Below are positions 50,467 to 62,939 of a stretch of DNA of 64,000 bases, in pieces. Source of the DNA: Utricularia gibba. Taxonomy: Eukaryota > Plantae > Magnoliophyta. Under the pieces are notes generated by a model. That model saw only the letters and a program-made list of their open reading frames with translations, made no database searches and was not told the origin of the DNA. The stretch's first letter is position 1, and each line of letters opens with the position of its first letter. The stretch spans positions 682,001 through 746,000 of the forward strand of contig NEEC01000020.1 in NCBI GenBank assembly GCA_002189035.1, given 5' to 3'. Both the position numbers and the translations under genes were made by a program.

Positions 50467-51993
50467 GTTGCTGCCTTTTTATGTTTATAGACCTTTGGCT
50501 TCGAGCTTCGCCTTCAACTCCGACTGAGAGGCCTTCACATTCCTCCATTTTCCTAATTCCAGATTCAATTTCTAATGCTATGTTCAGGTGTGTAATTTTT
50601 TTTCTTCAAAAAATGGCATAATTGATTCTTCCACTTCTAAATAGATTGATGTCATGCTGGAGAAATTTAATATTTTTTTAACTTGATATAATTGGTTTTC
50701 TAAAGAATTATTGTTTTTTCAATATTTTAAAATTATGTACCATGCATTATAAAAAAAGTTGAATTTTTTTTCAAGTAATAAAATTTTCCAAATTTCTTTT
50801 TCTCCAGTGGATTTTTTCAATATTAACCCGAAATCGTAATTAATGATAAGACAAATCTCAATACGAAAGTTTAAGTTTCAGAGGGACGAAAGTGCCAAAC
50901 CAATAGGTCTAAGAATTTTAGAGAATCATATATCACTTATTTTAATCTTTGAGGTTTTTTTCTTTAAAAAAATATAAAATAATAAGGATTGATATTAAAA
51001 ATGATAAGAAGAGTAGAAACCAAATAAATTTTAAATAATAAAAATTAATTACATTAATATTAATATAGTTTCATATAAAAAATGTATGAATTAAAAATAT
51101 AAAGAATTAATTTTATCTGAAATACTAAATTTTAAAAATTAAATATATTCATTATAGCAAATAATGATGGTATTAAAAATTAAATACGTTATGTATCCTA
51201 AATAATAGGAATTAAAGATAATATTTTGTTCCAAAATTCAAAAAAATATTTTTGAAAAATTAATACTAAATTACTATAATACTATATAGCTTTGACCCCG
51301 GCTTACATCCAAATTTAGAATGTAAGATATTTGGGTATTCTTGAATATCTTTCATTTGTACCATATTTTTACATATTAGATGCTATTTTCGGAAATATTC
51401 TCATTATTTATTTACTTTTATTTGCTGTTGTCATCCATTAATTTTGCTATATTTATATTCTAACTTCGATGTCTCCGACCCAAGGGAAACGAAAACGACA
51501 AAAATATCAGGATTGCAATAATAAATATCTTTTGAATTATCTTCCTTATCCTGTCCACCGTTTCCCATTCCCGTGTGTGTGTGTGGGATGATACAATACA
51601 TTGACATCCTCATCGTGTGTTGATTGTGCTTCATGAACCTTCCATTTTCGACTCTCTGAGTCCTCCGTTTTCCCAAATCCGCCTTGGCCGCAGCGCAAGT
51701 AAGTTTTGATTCTCTGGGTGTCGTTTTTGGGTGCTGTATTGGAAGTGGCGTTGCTTCTTCTTGGTTTGTAGTTTCCTGGTTTGATGGGGTGAATGCAAAA
51801 TCTGTGCTGGTTCTTGTTGTGTTGAGTTGGTTGACGGAGAGCCCTTGTTTCTCGGGCAATCTTTCATCTGTTTTGGACCCTTTCTCGCGATGATTTTGCA
51901 CCTTCGTTTTTTGTTTGGTGTTGAAGCTTTTTCTGTTTTCTTGATTTGATTATTAACTCTGTGGGTTTGGTTCTTCTTCTTCTCAGCCTAATC

Positions 51994-53397
51994 ATGAGGC
52001 TCGAAGCTGTTGCTTCTGTTGTAGAATGCCCCACCCCGCCTTTCAGGGTCTTTCTCCGGCCGGTCGGAGTTCGATTGCGGCTTCGCCCGGTGGCCGGAGG
52101 CGCCTTGAAAGAGGGTATTCGGATGTATCGTTGGCTTTCGTGGCGAATCCGTTGGGGTCGCCTAAAATTCGAAGAACGTGTAGCGCTCATCTTGACGGAT
52201 TTGATCGGCGATCGTTCAGATCTGGTAAGGGGAGTTTGAACGGAAATGCGCGTTGCAAGGTGGCCCCTTTCACGGGGCCTGATGATGGCGCGTTGTTACG
52301 ATCTGGGTTCGGTTTCTCCGAGCCGGCGGAGATGGGAATGATGCCGGAGCAGGACGCGATTTCGTTGGCGGCGGTTGAACGCAAGGCCAAGAGCTTCGGC
52401 ATTCCCCTCTCTCTCAGGATGATCAAGAAGAAGCTCAAATTGGAACAGGACTTGACCAATTGGAAGGACACGGCGTATTGTCCTGTCAATTCCGCCTTCG
52501 CTTCCATGGTTTTCATCGTCGTTGAGCTCCAGAAGCAAGCTCTGATCATGAGGGAAGCTTCCTGCCAAGAAGATCTTCAACCCATCAAATCAAAAGTGCA
52601 GAAGGAGATGTATTCCTCCTTCGTCTGGATGTTTCAGCAGGTTTTCTCGACAACTCCCAGTCTGATGCTTCAGGTGATGATCCTCGTGGCGAACTTCGGT
52701 CTGAATTCCGCCGCTTCGATCGGATCCGCCGTCAAACCCGCACCAGCATCCACATTATCTGGGGATGGAGTCTCCATTCCACAGATCGGAACCATCGCCC
52801 CGAATCCCAGCATTCACCCAGCTGAGGATCTGAAAACCCCAGAAGAAGCAAAAATGTGGAACTCCATTGTCGATCAAGCAATGAAGATGCAGGGAGAGAG
52901 CAACGCCGATGCGCTCGCCATGGAAGCGTTCAAGTACTTCGTCTCCCCCGTGACGGTGCGTCTGGAACCCGATCCATACGACGACTATCTCCGGACAGAC
53001 CTGACGTATCAGATGAATCTAGCAACAGACCCCGACAACCCCCTCCTCCTCTGCAACTACGCTCAGTTCCTTCACCTCGTTGCTCGCGATTACGACAGGT
53101 GAGATCTCGATCACACTTCTCCTCTGAGAAATTCATCACACTGATGCTCTTTTACGACCCCAACAGAGCCGAGGAATGCTACAAGAAGGCGATCCAGACA
53201 CCCCCATCAGACGCAGACCCCTCGTTCAGTACGCCAACTTCCTCTGGACTATCCGGCGCGACTTCTCCGGCGCGGAGGAGCGATACTTGCAGGCGCTGGC
53301 GATCAGCCCGGGAAGCGTTCACTATGCTTCCAGGTACGCTAATTTCCTATGGGGCAGTGGGGGAGAAGAGACCTGCTATCCTCTTTGCCAGCATTAG
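51994..53397 (+). CDS. TPR-like protein (At2g29670/At1g07280-like); intron 53099-53166; apparent frameshifts near 52029 and 53200-53221
   Basis: GIPLSLRMIKKK, SFVWMFQQVFSTTPSLMLQVMILVANF, NPLLLCNYAQFL, and YANFLW...GGEETCYPL. The start is either 51994 (needs +1 base) or 52026. Confidence 0.85.
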
Positions 53398-54410
53398 CGT
53401 CCATGGCGTGTGGTAGACAGTCGTCTGGTGTTAGATATGTAGCTTAGAGATGAAGAAGTTCAGCAGAATAAGGAGAATGCGAGTGCCTGCAGTGCAGCAG
53501 TTGTTGATGGGCCTGGATGAATGGTGAATCCATGGAAAGCCCAATTGGAATTTAGTAAGAATGCAAAAGAGTAAATACAAGTTGAAATGGAAATAATATC
53601 ATTGTATATTAAATTTGGGTAGAAATTGCTCATTTTTTGTAACAAACTATTTGTTCTATAATTTGAGGTTGTGATTTAGATTATATAAAATAAATTAATT
53701 TTAAAATTATGTAAATAAATTGAGAGTGTAAAGTTATTTTGTTTAATAACATAATTTACATTATAAAGTTAATAAAATAAATATATATTATAAATTTTAA
53801 TATATTAAATTATTAAGTAATTCATTATTACAATATAAATGTATTTTTAGAATATATAAAAAGTAAATAATATAATTTTTTAATTAATTTATTATTTAAT
53901 TGTTGAAATAAAAATTCAAAAATTTTAATAATTAATCTAATTAATATGTTAACACAATAAAAATTACAATTTTTGAAAGTTAAATACAATAATTTTAAAA
54001 AATTATGAAGATAGAATAACTCTAAAACTATTTATGAAATGTTTTTTTAAAAACAATTAATTTTTCGGTTAAAGTTTTACTTTATGTAGAAAATACAATT
54101 ATTTTTGAAAAGTAATTTTTTGAAAAAAATATTTTTATATTTTTAAAAATAAAAAGTAGTTTATATACACAACATGAATTATTCTTATTCTTATTTTTAT
54201 TAATTATGTATGAAAAAATATTTTTTAATTTTTTTAAAAATAAAAAGTAGCTTATATATAAAATATCTATTATTTTATTTTTATTTACAGTAAAAATATT
54301 TTGGATTTATACTGAATATATAAAAATAAAACTAGGCTATCTCTTATTTTTCAGTTCTATTTTTATTTCCATTAATTAATTTAACTTCTTTTTTGTGGGC
54401 GTAGATGTGC

Positions 54411-54470
54411 AAGCCCCATTTGTATTTTGCGGCCCATTTGGAAAATTAATGGGCCCATAGTAAGCCCATT
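54411..54470 (+). promoter_or_regulatory. Cluster of GCCCA/TGGGC motifs (site II / proteasome-related cis-element-like) upstream of RPN8
   Basis: GGCCCAT at 54431, palindromic ATGGGCCCAT at 54449-54458, AGCCCATT at 54463. Confidence 0.6.
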
Positions 54471-54602
54471 AAATAAGGTATAGTTTTTTTTTTAAGGTAA
54501 GGAATGTTGTATATAATGCTTTCTGCGAAGAAGGGGGTATCGACGAAGAACCCTTGTGGGGGAAGAAACCCAGGGAACACATTGAATTCGTGAACGGAGA
54601 AG

Positions 54603-56596
54603 ATGGATGTGGTGAAGTCGCAGCAGATATCCTCACGGCCAATCGAGAAAGTGGTGGTGCATCCTCTGGTGCTGCTCAGCATCGTCGATCACTACAATAG
54701 AGTGGCGCGTGACACCAGGAAGCGCGTCGTTGGGGTTTTGCTGGGAACTTCATTTCGCGGCACCGTCGACGTTACTAACAGCTATGCTGGTTCGTGTTTA
54801 ATTTCAGATCCGTCGGCTGATTTTCGTTTTCAGAATTGAGTTAATGCCAATCTGGGAGCTTCATTTTGAATTTTTGCGCCTAGTTTTCCGGTCTCCACTT
54901 TTCCTTGAGCGTAATTGGGGGACGCATGTTTTGTTGTTTTTTTTTTATTTTTGTTTCATGTGTATATTTCTCTGCTTCACCACACATCAATTTGTTTTCC
55001 TTCTTGCTGGTTTCTTTGACATTATTACTTTTAATTGATTTTGTCCTCTGTAAACAGTGCCTTTCGAAGAGGATGATAGGGACCCGAGTATCTTTTTCCT
55101 TGACCATAATTATCACGAATCAATGTTTTCGATGTTCAGGAGAATAAATGGTAAGTAGTTCTCAGTAAATTCCATCTAAATCTTTCTTTATGGGGATTTT
55201 GTTAACTTGTCGATCATGGTCTTCTTTAGCCAAGGAACATGTTGTTGGTTGGTATAGCACTGGTCCGAAACTCAGGGAGAATGACCTGAACATTCACGGG
55301 CTGTTCAACGAGTAAGATTTTATTCTGTGCATAGCACCACTTATGTTGAGATGAACTGCTATTCTTTACTTTTTTACCTCTTGTGTGCATTTGATTCCAT
55401 GTTCTAATTAATTCTTTTTGATTTGTGATGTGTGCTTGATGTTTTTTCACCTTGTTTCAGCTATGTCACCACCCCAGTGTTGGTGATCATTGATGTTCAG
55501 CCAAAGGAGCTGGGAATACCAACCAAAGCTTATTATGCTGTTGAAGAAGTCAAGGAGGTTCCTTTAACTGAAAATTATTTTCTTGAGCTAAAATAATAAA
55601 GTCTGCAAGCCTTTATATATAGTTTGATGCTAGTCATTCCATTGAATCCATGGCTGAATTTGCAGAATGCGACTCAGAAAAGCCAAAAGGTGTTTGTGCA
55701 TGTGCCCTCTGAGATAGCTGCTCACGAAGTGGAAGAAATTGGTATTGTGTCTTTCGTTTGATAAGTTTATTCCACACCCATATCGGTTTTCCCATGTCAT
55801 CTAATTTGCTCCCTTTTTTTCTAGGGGTGGAGCACTTGCTGAGAGACGTGAAAGATACCACCATCAGCACCTTGGCGACAGAAGTCTGTTTTTTTTTTTT
55901 ATTTTACATTTTTTTCTTCTAAAAGTCTCTCTCACTGCATAAAGGGAATGAAACTTGGGTTCATGGCTTCCCCTGCAGGTAACTGGAAAGCTTGCTGCCT
56001 TAAAGGGATTAGATGCTCGGTTGAAAGAGATTAGAAGCTACCTTGATCTGGTGATTGAGGGAAAGCTTCCCTTGAATCATGAAATACTCTACCATCTCCA
56101 GGTGCATTTCTTATTCTTACACTACCGGAAAAGCAGTAACGCAACAATGAGTCTCATCTCATCAAGCTGCCTAATTTTTTCAGGATGTTTTCAACTTGCT
56201 GCCCAATTTGAATGTCACCGAGCTAGTTAAAGCCTTCGCTGGTAAAACCACACTTCCTCTTCTCCTCAGTATTCAGCTCTCCACCTCTGCCCCTATAATC
56301 CACACTCGGCTGTGACATTTTACAGTTAAGACAAACGACATGATGCTGGTTATATACTTGTCATCCCTCATCAGGAGCGTCATCGCCCTCCATAATTTGA
56401 TCAACAACAAGGTGACTCTACTTCCCTTTCCGTTCCGCACTACATACATATCCAAGTACAGATATTCCCCAACTACATGAAACCATAGGTCCTGAACTCA
56501 TACACCTGAGAAATTGTTCCTCAGATGCTCAACAAGGAGCACGAGAAGGCAGAGGATGCAAAGCCCGTCGCCGTCCCTGCCGCCGCCGGCAGCTAA
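54603..56596 (+). CDS. RPN8: 26S proteasome lid subunit RPN8 (MPN domain), 10 exons
   Basis: [46 protein letters not shown]-like segment, and [29 protein letters not shown]. Confidence 0.97.
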
Positions 56597-57861
56597 GAAA
56601 CCTCTTTGAAACCGCCGGCGTTGCGGAGATGTCCGGCCCACAGCTTTCATGTATGAATGAGCCTTAGAAAGGAACTCGCTTCTGGTTAATGTCATTCCCT
56701 TTCTTCTTCTTGTTATCAAAGCTTCCAAACAGAAGCATTAGATTTGGATCTATTTAGGGATTCTTTCCTTATCTTCCAATCTTACAAGAGTGTGATTATT
56801 ACCAAAAATAGATTGATTGTTAATTAATTAATTAATTGATAATCTATGGGGTTTAGGGTTCAAGGAATCTTTTCTTTCTCCTTGTTAATGTAGTTTGCTT
56901 TCATTGAGAAATAAAAATGATTTTTTATACAAAATAATAAATAGTAAATGTTCAATTCAATCCATAAGATCTCTACAAAATTCTAATTAGATCAATTTAA
57001 CTCCAAAGTAAAAAAAAAAGTAAATATTATTAAACTTAACAGATAAATTCTTATAGAGTTTACATGAAAATATAATGTATTTTTTAATATTAATCTATAG
57101 TTGTATTTTTCAAAATTGACTATTTGTTCCTCTCTTCAAGTTGTTATGGAAATATCTGTCATCGAAAGCATATTAATGTTGAAAGGTAATTTTTAAATTT
57201 GATTTTCTAATTTTTCTACGAAACATAAAAAAATTGGAATCTATAAAAGTTAAACAGAATAATTTTATTAGATTCAATTTTGCGCTATCTTTTCAAATTC
57301 ACTTCCGAACAGTATTTTAAAAATGGATTAAATCCATTGAAACTGTTTAGTTATCGTTTTTTATTGAACCTTTTTTAAAATAGCATGAATCAGATTCATT
57401 ATTTTTAATTATATTTATCAAAATATTAGAATATAATTATAAAATCATAATTTAATCTATAAAAAAATTAAATGTATATTACTAAGCAATTGATAAAATC
57501 ACATTAAAAAGCTTTATTAAAATCATCTTCATTATCCTATACCCCATTCAAATAGCATATAATCTAAATACAAATGAATATTTTATACTATCAATACACA
57601 TACATATATAAAATATAATTATTAAGATTTATTTAATATATCTATCAAATATTTACAACATATCTTATATTTGCTATTAACCAGTAAACAAATAAAATTT
57701 GATCCAACCCACTAAAATATCCAAAGATGGATGAACATATAGTTTTAAAACACTGCTTCTGAAATCTTCTGACACTAAAACAGATTCATCATCTAGTAAC
57801 AGAGAACTAAAATACTGAGAAAAAAGCGAAGGAGATGGATTGATGGATTGAATCCTGCTGC

Positions 57862-58340
57862 CTAAAACCCTGAGCTGCCTCTGATGAAGAAGCCGACGTA
57901 CTTCGCCTCCATGGTGCGTTTCTCTCCCACTTCGATGGTCACCGCCGCCCGCCCTGTCCTCACCATCTCCGCCCCGTGCGCCTTCTTCAGCTCCACCACG
58001 CCCTTGAGGAACCCGCCGTCCTCTCGCATCTCCACCCTGCCGCCGCCGATCAGCCTCATCCCGCTCGACGGCCCCGCCGCCGATTCCGGGGTCTCCATGA
58101 ATATCTCGAGGTGGAGTGCGTCCTTGGGGGGGCGATCTCGATCGGAAACAGATGGCAGAAACCCCAGTCCCGTGACGGCAGCCGCAAGTCTACGTAGATT
58201 GGCTGGTTGTAATGCGACGCCGTAGACACCATCAGCCGGTAGGTTCCCGGAAGTAGGCCGTCGTACGACGGCGGGAATTCTTCCAGGCGGTGGATGCAGA
58301 CCAGAGCCACTTGCCGGACCGGTCTTATCGGCAAATTCAT
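57862..58340 (-). CDS. Intronless ~159-aa protein, divergent C2-domain-like, split by a 1-bp deletion in a G7 run (58126-58132)
   Basis: ORFs 58056-58340 and 57862-58098 join into one frame if C7 becomes C8 (IAPPKDALHLEIFMETP...RLIGGGRVEM...KGVVEL...GRAAVTIEV). GC-rich coding-like island in AT-rich DNA; the C2 call is pattern-based only. Confidence 0.6.
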
Positions 58341-59141
58341 GGTTCCGATGCTTCAGGGTTCCGGTGGCGAAGAGGATGAAAAAAAGTGCCTATGAGATCT
58401 CTCCTTTATATAGATAACAGAAACGTTATTGTTTTTTTATTAATTTTGGATTTATTTCTGATATGCGAATTATAAGGATATATTTATCTTACTTTGCACA
58501 TCCGCATATCTAATTAGATAAGTATATGATTTAATAGATTTTTTTAACAAGAATATATTTTTTGGATTTTCGAAAATAAATCCAAATAAAAATTCTACCC
58601 AATTTCCTCGAAAGGGGCTCAAATCAGTATCCAAATTTGAGGATTCATTATAGTAATTCTTGTGATACTATCTAACTTAAATGTAATAATTTATTATTCA
58701 ATTCGAATATCCAATTATCATGATTTTATATTTTTTATTTTAAAAAATATATTATATTCATAATTGATATAAGATTCGTCTAAAGTAATTATAATATCAC
58801 TTATAGGCCCAAGTTTAATTCTCATATCAAATTTAATAACATATCTTTTCTTTACATAATATTCTTCACTTCAAATATTTAATTCTTACACTTTTACCTT
58901 TTATCTTTTCGACTACAATGTATTATTCATTAGATAAGATTAATCTATATAAATAAATATATTTATTTATTTTATTTTTTAATCTAATATTTTAATATAG
59001 AAAACTATTCCCGAAAATGATTTTTTTTGTGCAAGTTATTTAATTGAAATTTCGATTAAATGCAATCAATTTACAGCTTGAGGTTTGAGCGTCGTCGTCG
59101 TCCCTCTGAAAATCCCGTTTCCGCTGAGCCTCCGTTGCTTT

Positions 59142-61173
59142 TCAGCATTGTGGAAGGTCTGATGGAGGAGGAAGAATTGATTCATTGGGGCCGGCTCCGT
59201 TTTGAACAAGAAACGCCATTTTCAGCCCCCAAGTTGTGTGTACTTCCAGATGGCAATGAAGAAACCAGACACCTGCATCGGGCGGGATTGGCGATGATGC
59301 GGTGGTGTGATTAGCAGCTGGAAGAAGAAATGGTACCTGGGTTATCGGCTCTGAAGCGTATTGCCGTCCATCCTCCGGTAGGTACGCTTACCGTGTTCCT
59401 CTCGACGGGATCGACGAGATTGAATTTTTTCGGATCCTTGATTGGGTCGTAGTTTCCAACCCCTTTGCCGATGACGAAGAAGTTGAAGCCGTGTAAATGA
59501 GTTGGGTGGCTTTCTGGCGCTATCAGCGTCGTCCCCTGAAGCACGATCTGAACTGTGGCGTTGTATTCCAATTTGTAGAGCTTTGTGCCGTTTTTAGTCT
59601 GCATATTGGTAATTGCGGACGGGTTGCTGGTGTAGTTATATGGAGATGGTGGGTTTGAAGGGAAATCAGTGGTGAACACCCGCTTATGTTGAAGTAATGA
59701 GCTTGGAGAAGAGCTGTGGTGGGCATAACGAACGTGACGTTGTTGATATCAGCCACGAGACGGCTGTTTTGGTTGCAAGATGCGCAGGGATTAACCCCAA
59801 CGCCAATGACGAACAGAAGAGTATGATCCACTGTCTTTGGTACTCTTGCAGGGTACCTGTTCGAATTAAGGCTTCTGAGAGAGTCCATGAAAGTGGTCGT
59901 CACTGGGGTAGCATTTCTCAAAGGCATAGCCGTCAGGACAGCTTTGGTGAAGGCTACAGTGCCCTTGTAGCGCAAATAAGCTGTTCCCTGCTGGTTATCA
60001 GTCGGCACAACAGTGTCCATGAACGGGGATACGGCGATCAGATACTTCCCAATCTCTTGATCTGCAGTGAGAAGGGCGTTTGTGGTCTGCCCTGGTCCGA
60101 TGAAAATGGTGTCTGTCTTGAAAGGTTTGGTGTAGGTGGCATCCACCTCAACTACAGTGAATTCGTGGCCTGCTATCTTGAAGAAGAACTCCTCGTTTAG
60201 TCCTGCGTTCACGATCCGAAGCAGGTACGTCTTCCCCCTCTCAACATGCAGAGTGTATCCTGAAAATTGGCATTACAGGAGGAACCATTTTGACATCTCA
60301 GTTGAAGGGATGTATCTATCTCCTTGCTCATACCTGGAGAAGAGCAGTTGGGGGCTGGCCCAGAAAACCCATTGATTGTGTGCGCATCTGATACACTGGG
60401 AGCTGTGCCCAGCTGCAGAGCAGAGTTGATGATGGTTTCCACATCCAACTTCCACCATTCAGCTGCGATTCCACAAACACATCTCAGGAACCAGAACCAG
60501 GGAAGTGTATAATTTGAGTGGAAATGGAAGAAATTACTCTACCTAGTATGATTACTTCTTCTCTATCAGGCTTGGGGAAAGGATAAGGGACTCCCCGCTT
60601 GGGCAGAATGACAATGGCACCATGCACAGTTGCTCTCTGCCAGTTAATATGCGAATGGTAGAGAAGGGTTCCCCTCTGCCCAGTAAGTGTGAAGCTGTAA
60701 ACGTAGTTCTGCCCTGCCGGAATCGGGCATTGTGTTATATAAGCCGGTCCATCGGACCAACCTGTCCGGAGCTGCTTGACTCCATGCCTGAGAAGTGATG
60801 CCACAGTGCTACAGTTAAAGAAACGCCATGGCAAATCTTTGAAGCAGGGGGTTCTACCAGTGTATAGTCACGTTGTCTGTGATGCGATTGACAACCCTCA
60901 CAATCACAGTGTCATCTTCCCGTGCATAGAGCGTTGGCCCTGGAAACCTCCCATTTATTGTGACCGTGGGCTTGGTGGCACACACCCTGGTTATGTTCTT
61001 CTTCATCACCTGCAGAAAACCAGGTAAAAACAACAAAAATGCTGATCATCTTGAGCTATCTCTGTGCAAATTACATTGAATGTGTAGTGGCGAACGAGGG
61101 ACTCCACAGGCAGAGGACACCACAGGGCCGCAGCAGCGACCGCAAAGGTGAGAACCCACACTCCCATCCCCAT
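59142..61173 (-). CDS. LAC: Laccase (LAC4/LAC11-like lignin clade), 6 exons, one apparent 1-bp deletion at ~59679-59681
   Basis: Signal peptide MGMGVWVL...; copper motifs HWHG, HSH, HPTHLHG and [14 protein letters not shown]; ends PPPSDLPQC*. Confidence 0.93.
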
Positions 61174-62939
61174 GATCTGAGATCCACACAGCCAAACACT
61201 GGGGTGTGATGGATTTTATTAAGAAGAGATGATGAGATGTCATTTTACTTGTTTAGGTGAGATTTCTTACATGTTACACAAAGCGAGAACGCAATGCTGG
61301 AGAAGGAAGCTTCTGGGGTTGTAGAGAGCTGCACGGAGGCCTGAAAGGTACATTGCATCTCCCCTGATTTCTACTCTGCTGCAGTGCAATGTCGCCTTCC
61401 TGTAACAACAAGATCTCTCCGGGGAAGGGTCGATGTTGAGGATTTGGTGCATGAGCTTCGAATCCGAAGACGCCATCTCTTTTAGTTCAGCAAAACAACC
61501 ACGCAAGCGGGGAGTGGGACTTCGTCACTTAATTCCCCTTTGTTTTTTTCAAGGCTCGTTATCCAAAAGCCAAATACCAGATACGTGGATTCGCCGTACG
61601 GGTATCTGTTTTTATTAGTTACTCTTATGTTTTATTAATTTATTGAATTGATTCTATTTCATTTTTAAAGATTTTAATATTTAATCATTTTATAATAAGA
61701 GTGTTCTATGTTATGAATTTATTGAAGTTATTTTATTTAATTTTTGAAGATTCTAATCTTTACCCGTTTCATAATAAAATCAGAAATTCAAATTTTATTA
61801 TTAACTTTAGAAATTACTGAATTTATTAAATCTATATTTAAAAAATTAAATAAAAGATTAATTCGAAAAATTATAATATCCACTTTTTATTTATTTTAAA
61901 ATATATATTATATTATAATATTACATTATATAATAATTTAATATATTAAAGTTTACAATATATTTTTAATTTTCATTAAATAAAAAAATTATTTTAATAA
62001 TTTGACACATGAAAACAAAATGATAATCCACAACTTAGATACACCACATGCTTTTTTTTTTCCACTATGCTCTCTAAATAAAACCACACATTTCTAGCAA
62101 TGGGAGCTTTATTAAAATTTCTCATAAGACTAATATACATGTTCTAACCAAACTATTACCTCTATGCCATGCTTGAGAATTAGTATCATTAGTATTAGGC
62201 ATGGGCAATAAAATAAAACCCTACTATTATATACAAAGTAGATCCAAAGACAAAAATTTTTGTTACCATTTAGACAGAATCTTAGTCTTTTTGTCTAATC
62301 TTTGAATTATTTTATTATTTATTAAAAAAATTAAAATATGAATAGGTTGTGAAATTTATTTAATTTATTATTTTCATATCTATATGCAGTTGTAGAATTG
62401 CATTCCATTATCCCATAATATGGTCAATAAAGAACCTCAAATATTCAGTCTTTTGCTCATTTTGAATATAATGATTTTTCATGATTTTGAATATTATATT
62501 ATTTTGAAAAATTACAATTGTTCTCCAACTTCTGTTACCTGTTGAGTTAATTTTAATTTAGTTTCTCACATTTCCAAAATATTATTTTTATAATAATTTT
62601 TAAAATATAAAAAATATATATTTTACTACATTAAATACACTAACTCTCAAAAAATGATAGTATGAAATTATTAATTCTCAAAATGATATTATAAAAATAT
62701 TAATTCTCAAAATGATATTAAAATGGAAGCCCTAACATGGTGCTTAGCGATGTGTAACATGTTTGACTTGTGTCCAGGTTTGAGCTTTCTAAAAAGGGAA
62801 ACTAACGAGGAGAGTTCTCCTCTCCCGCTAACGATTCTATTGAAGGAGCCCATTTAGTGCTCTTCTTTTCTCCGTAAACGATTCGGAATCTCGTTGTTGC
62901 ACCTCTCTGGAATCAGCTCTGTGTGGGTTTTTTAAAAAA

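Noticed and set aside
53650-54400. AT-rich spacers and intron inserts (also 1750-2950, 15420-15840, 28660-29370, 63300-63720) as MITEs
   Set aside because: Low complexity with loose internal duplications; no TIR/TSD pair could be supported by eye.
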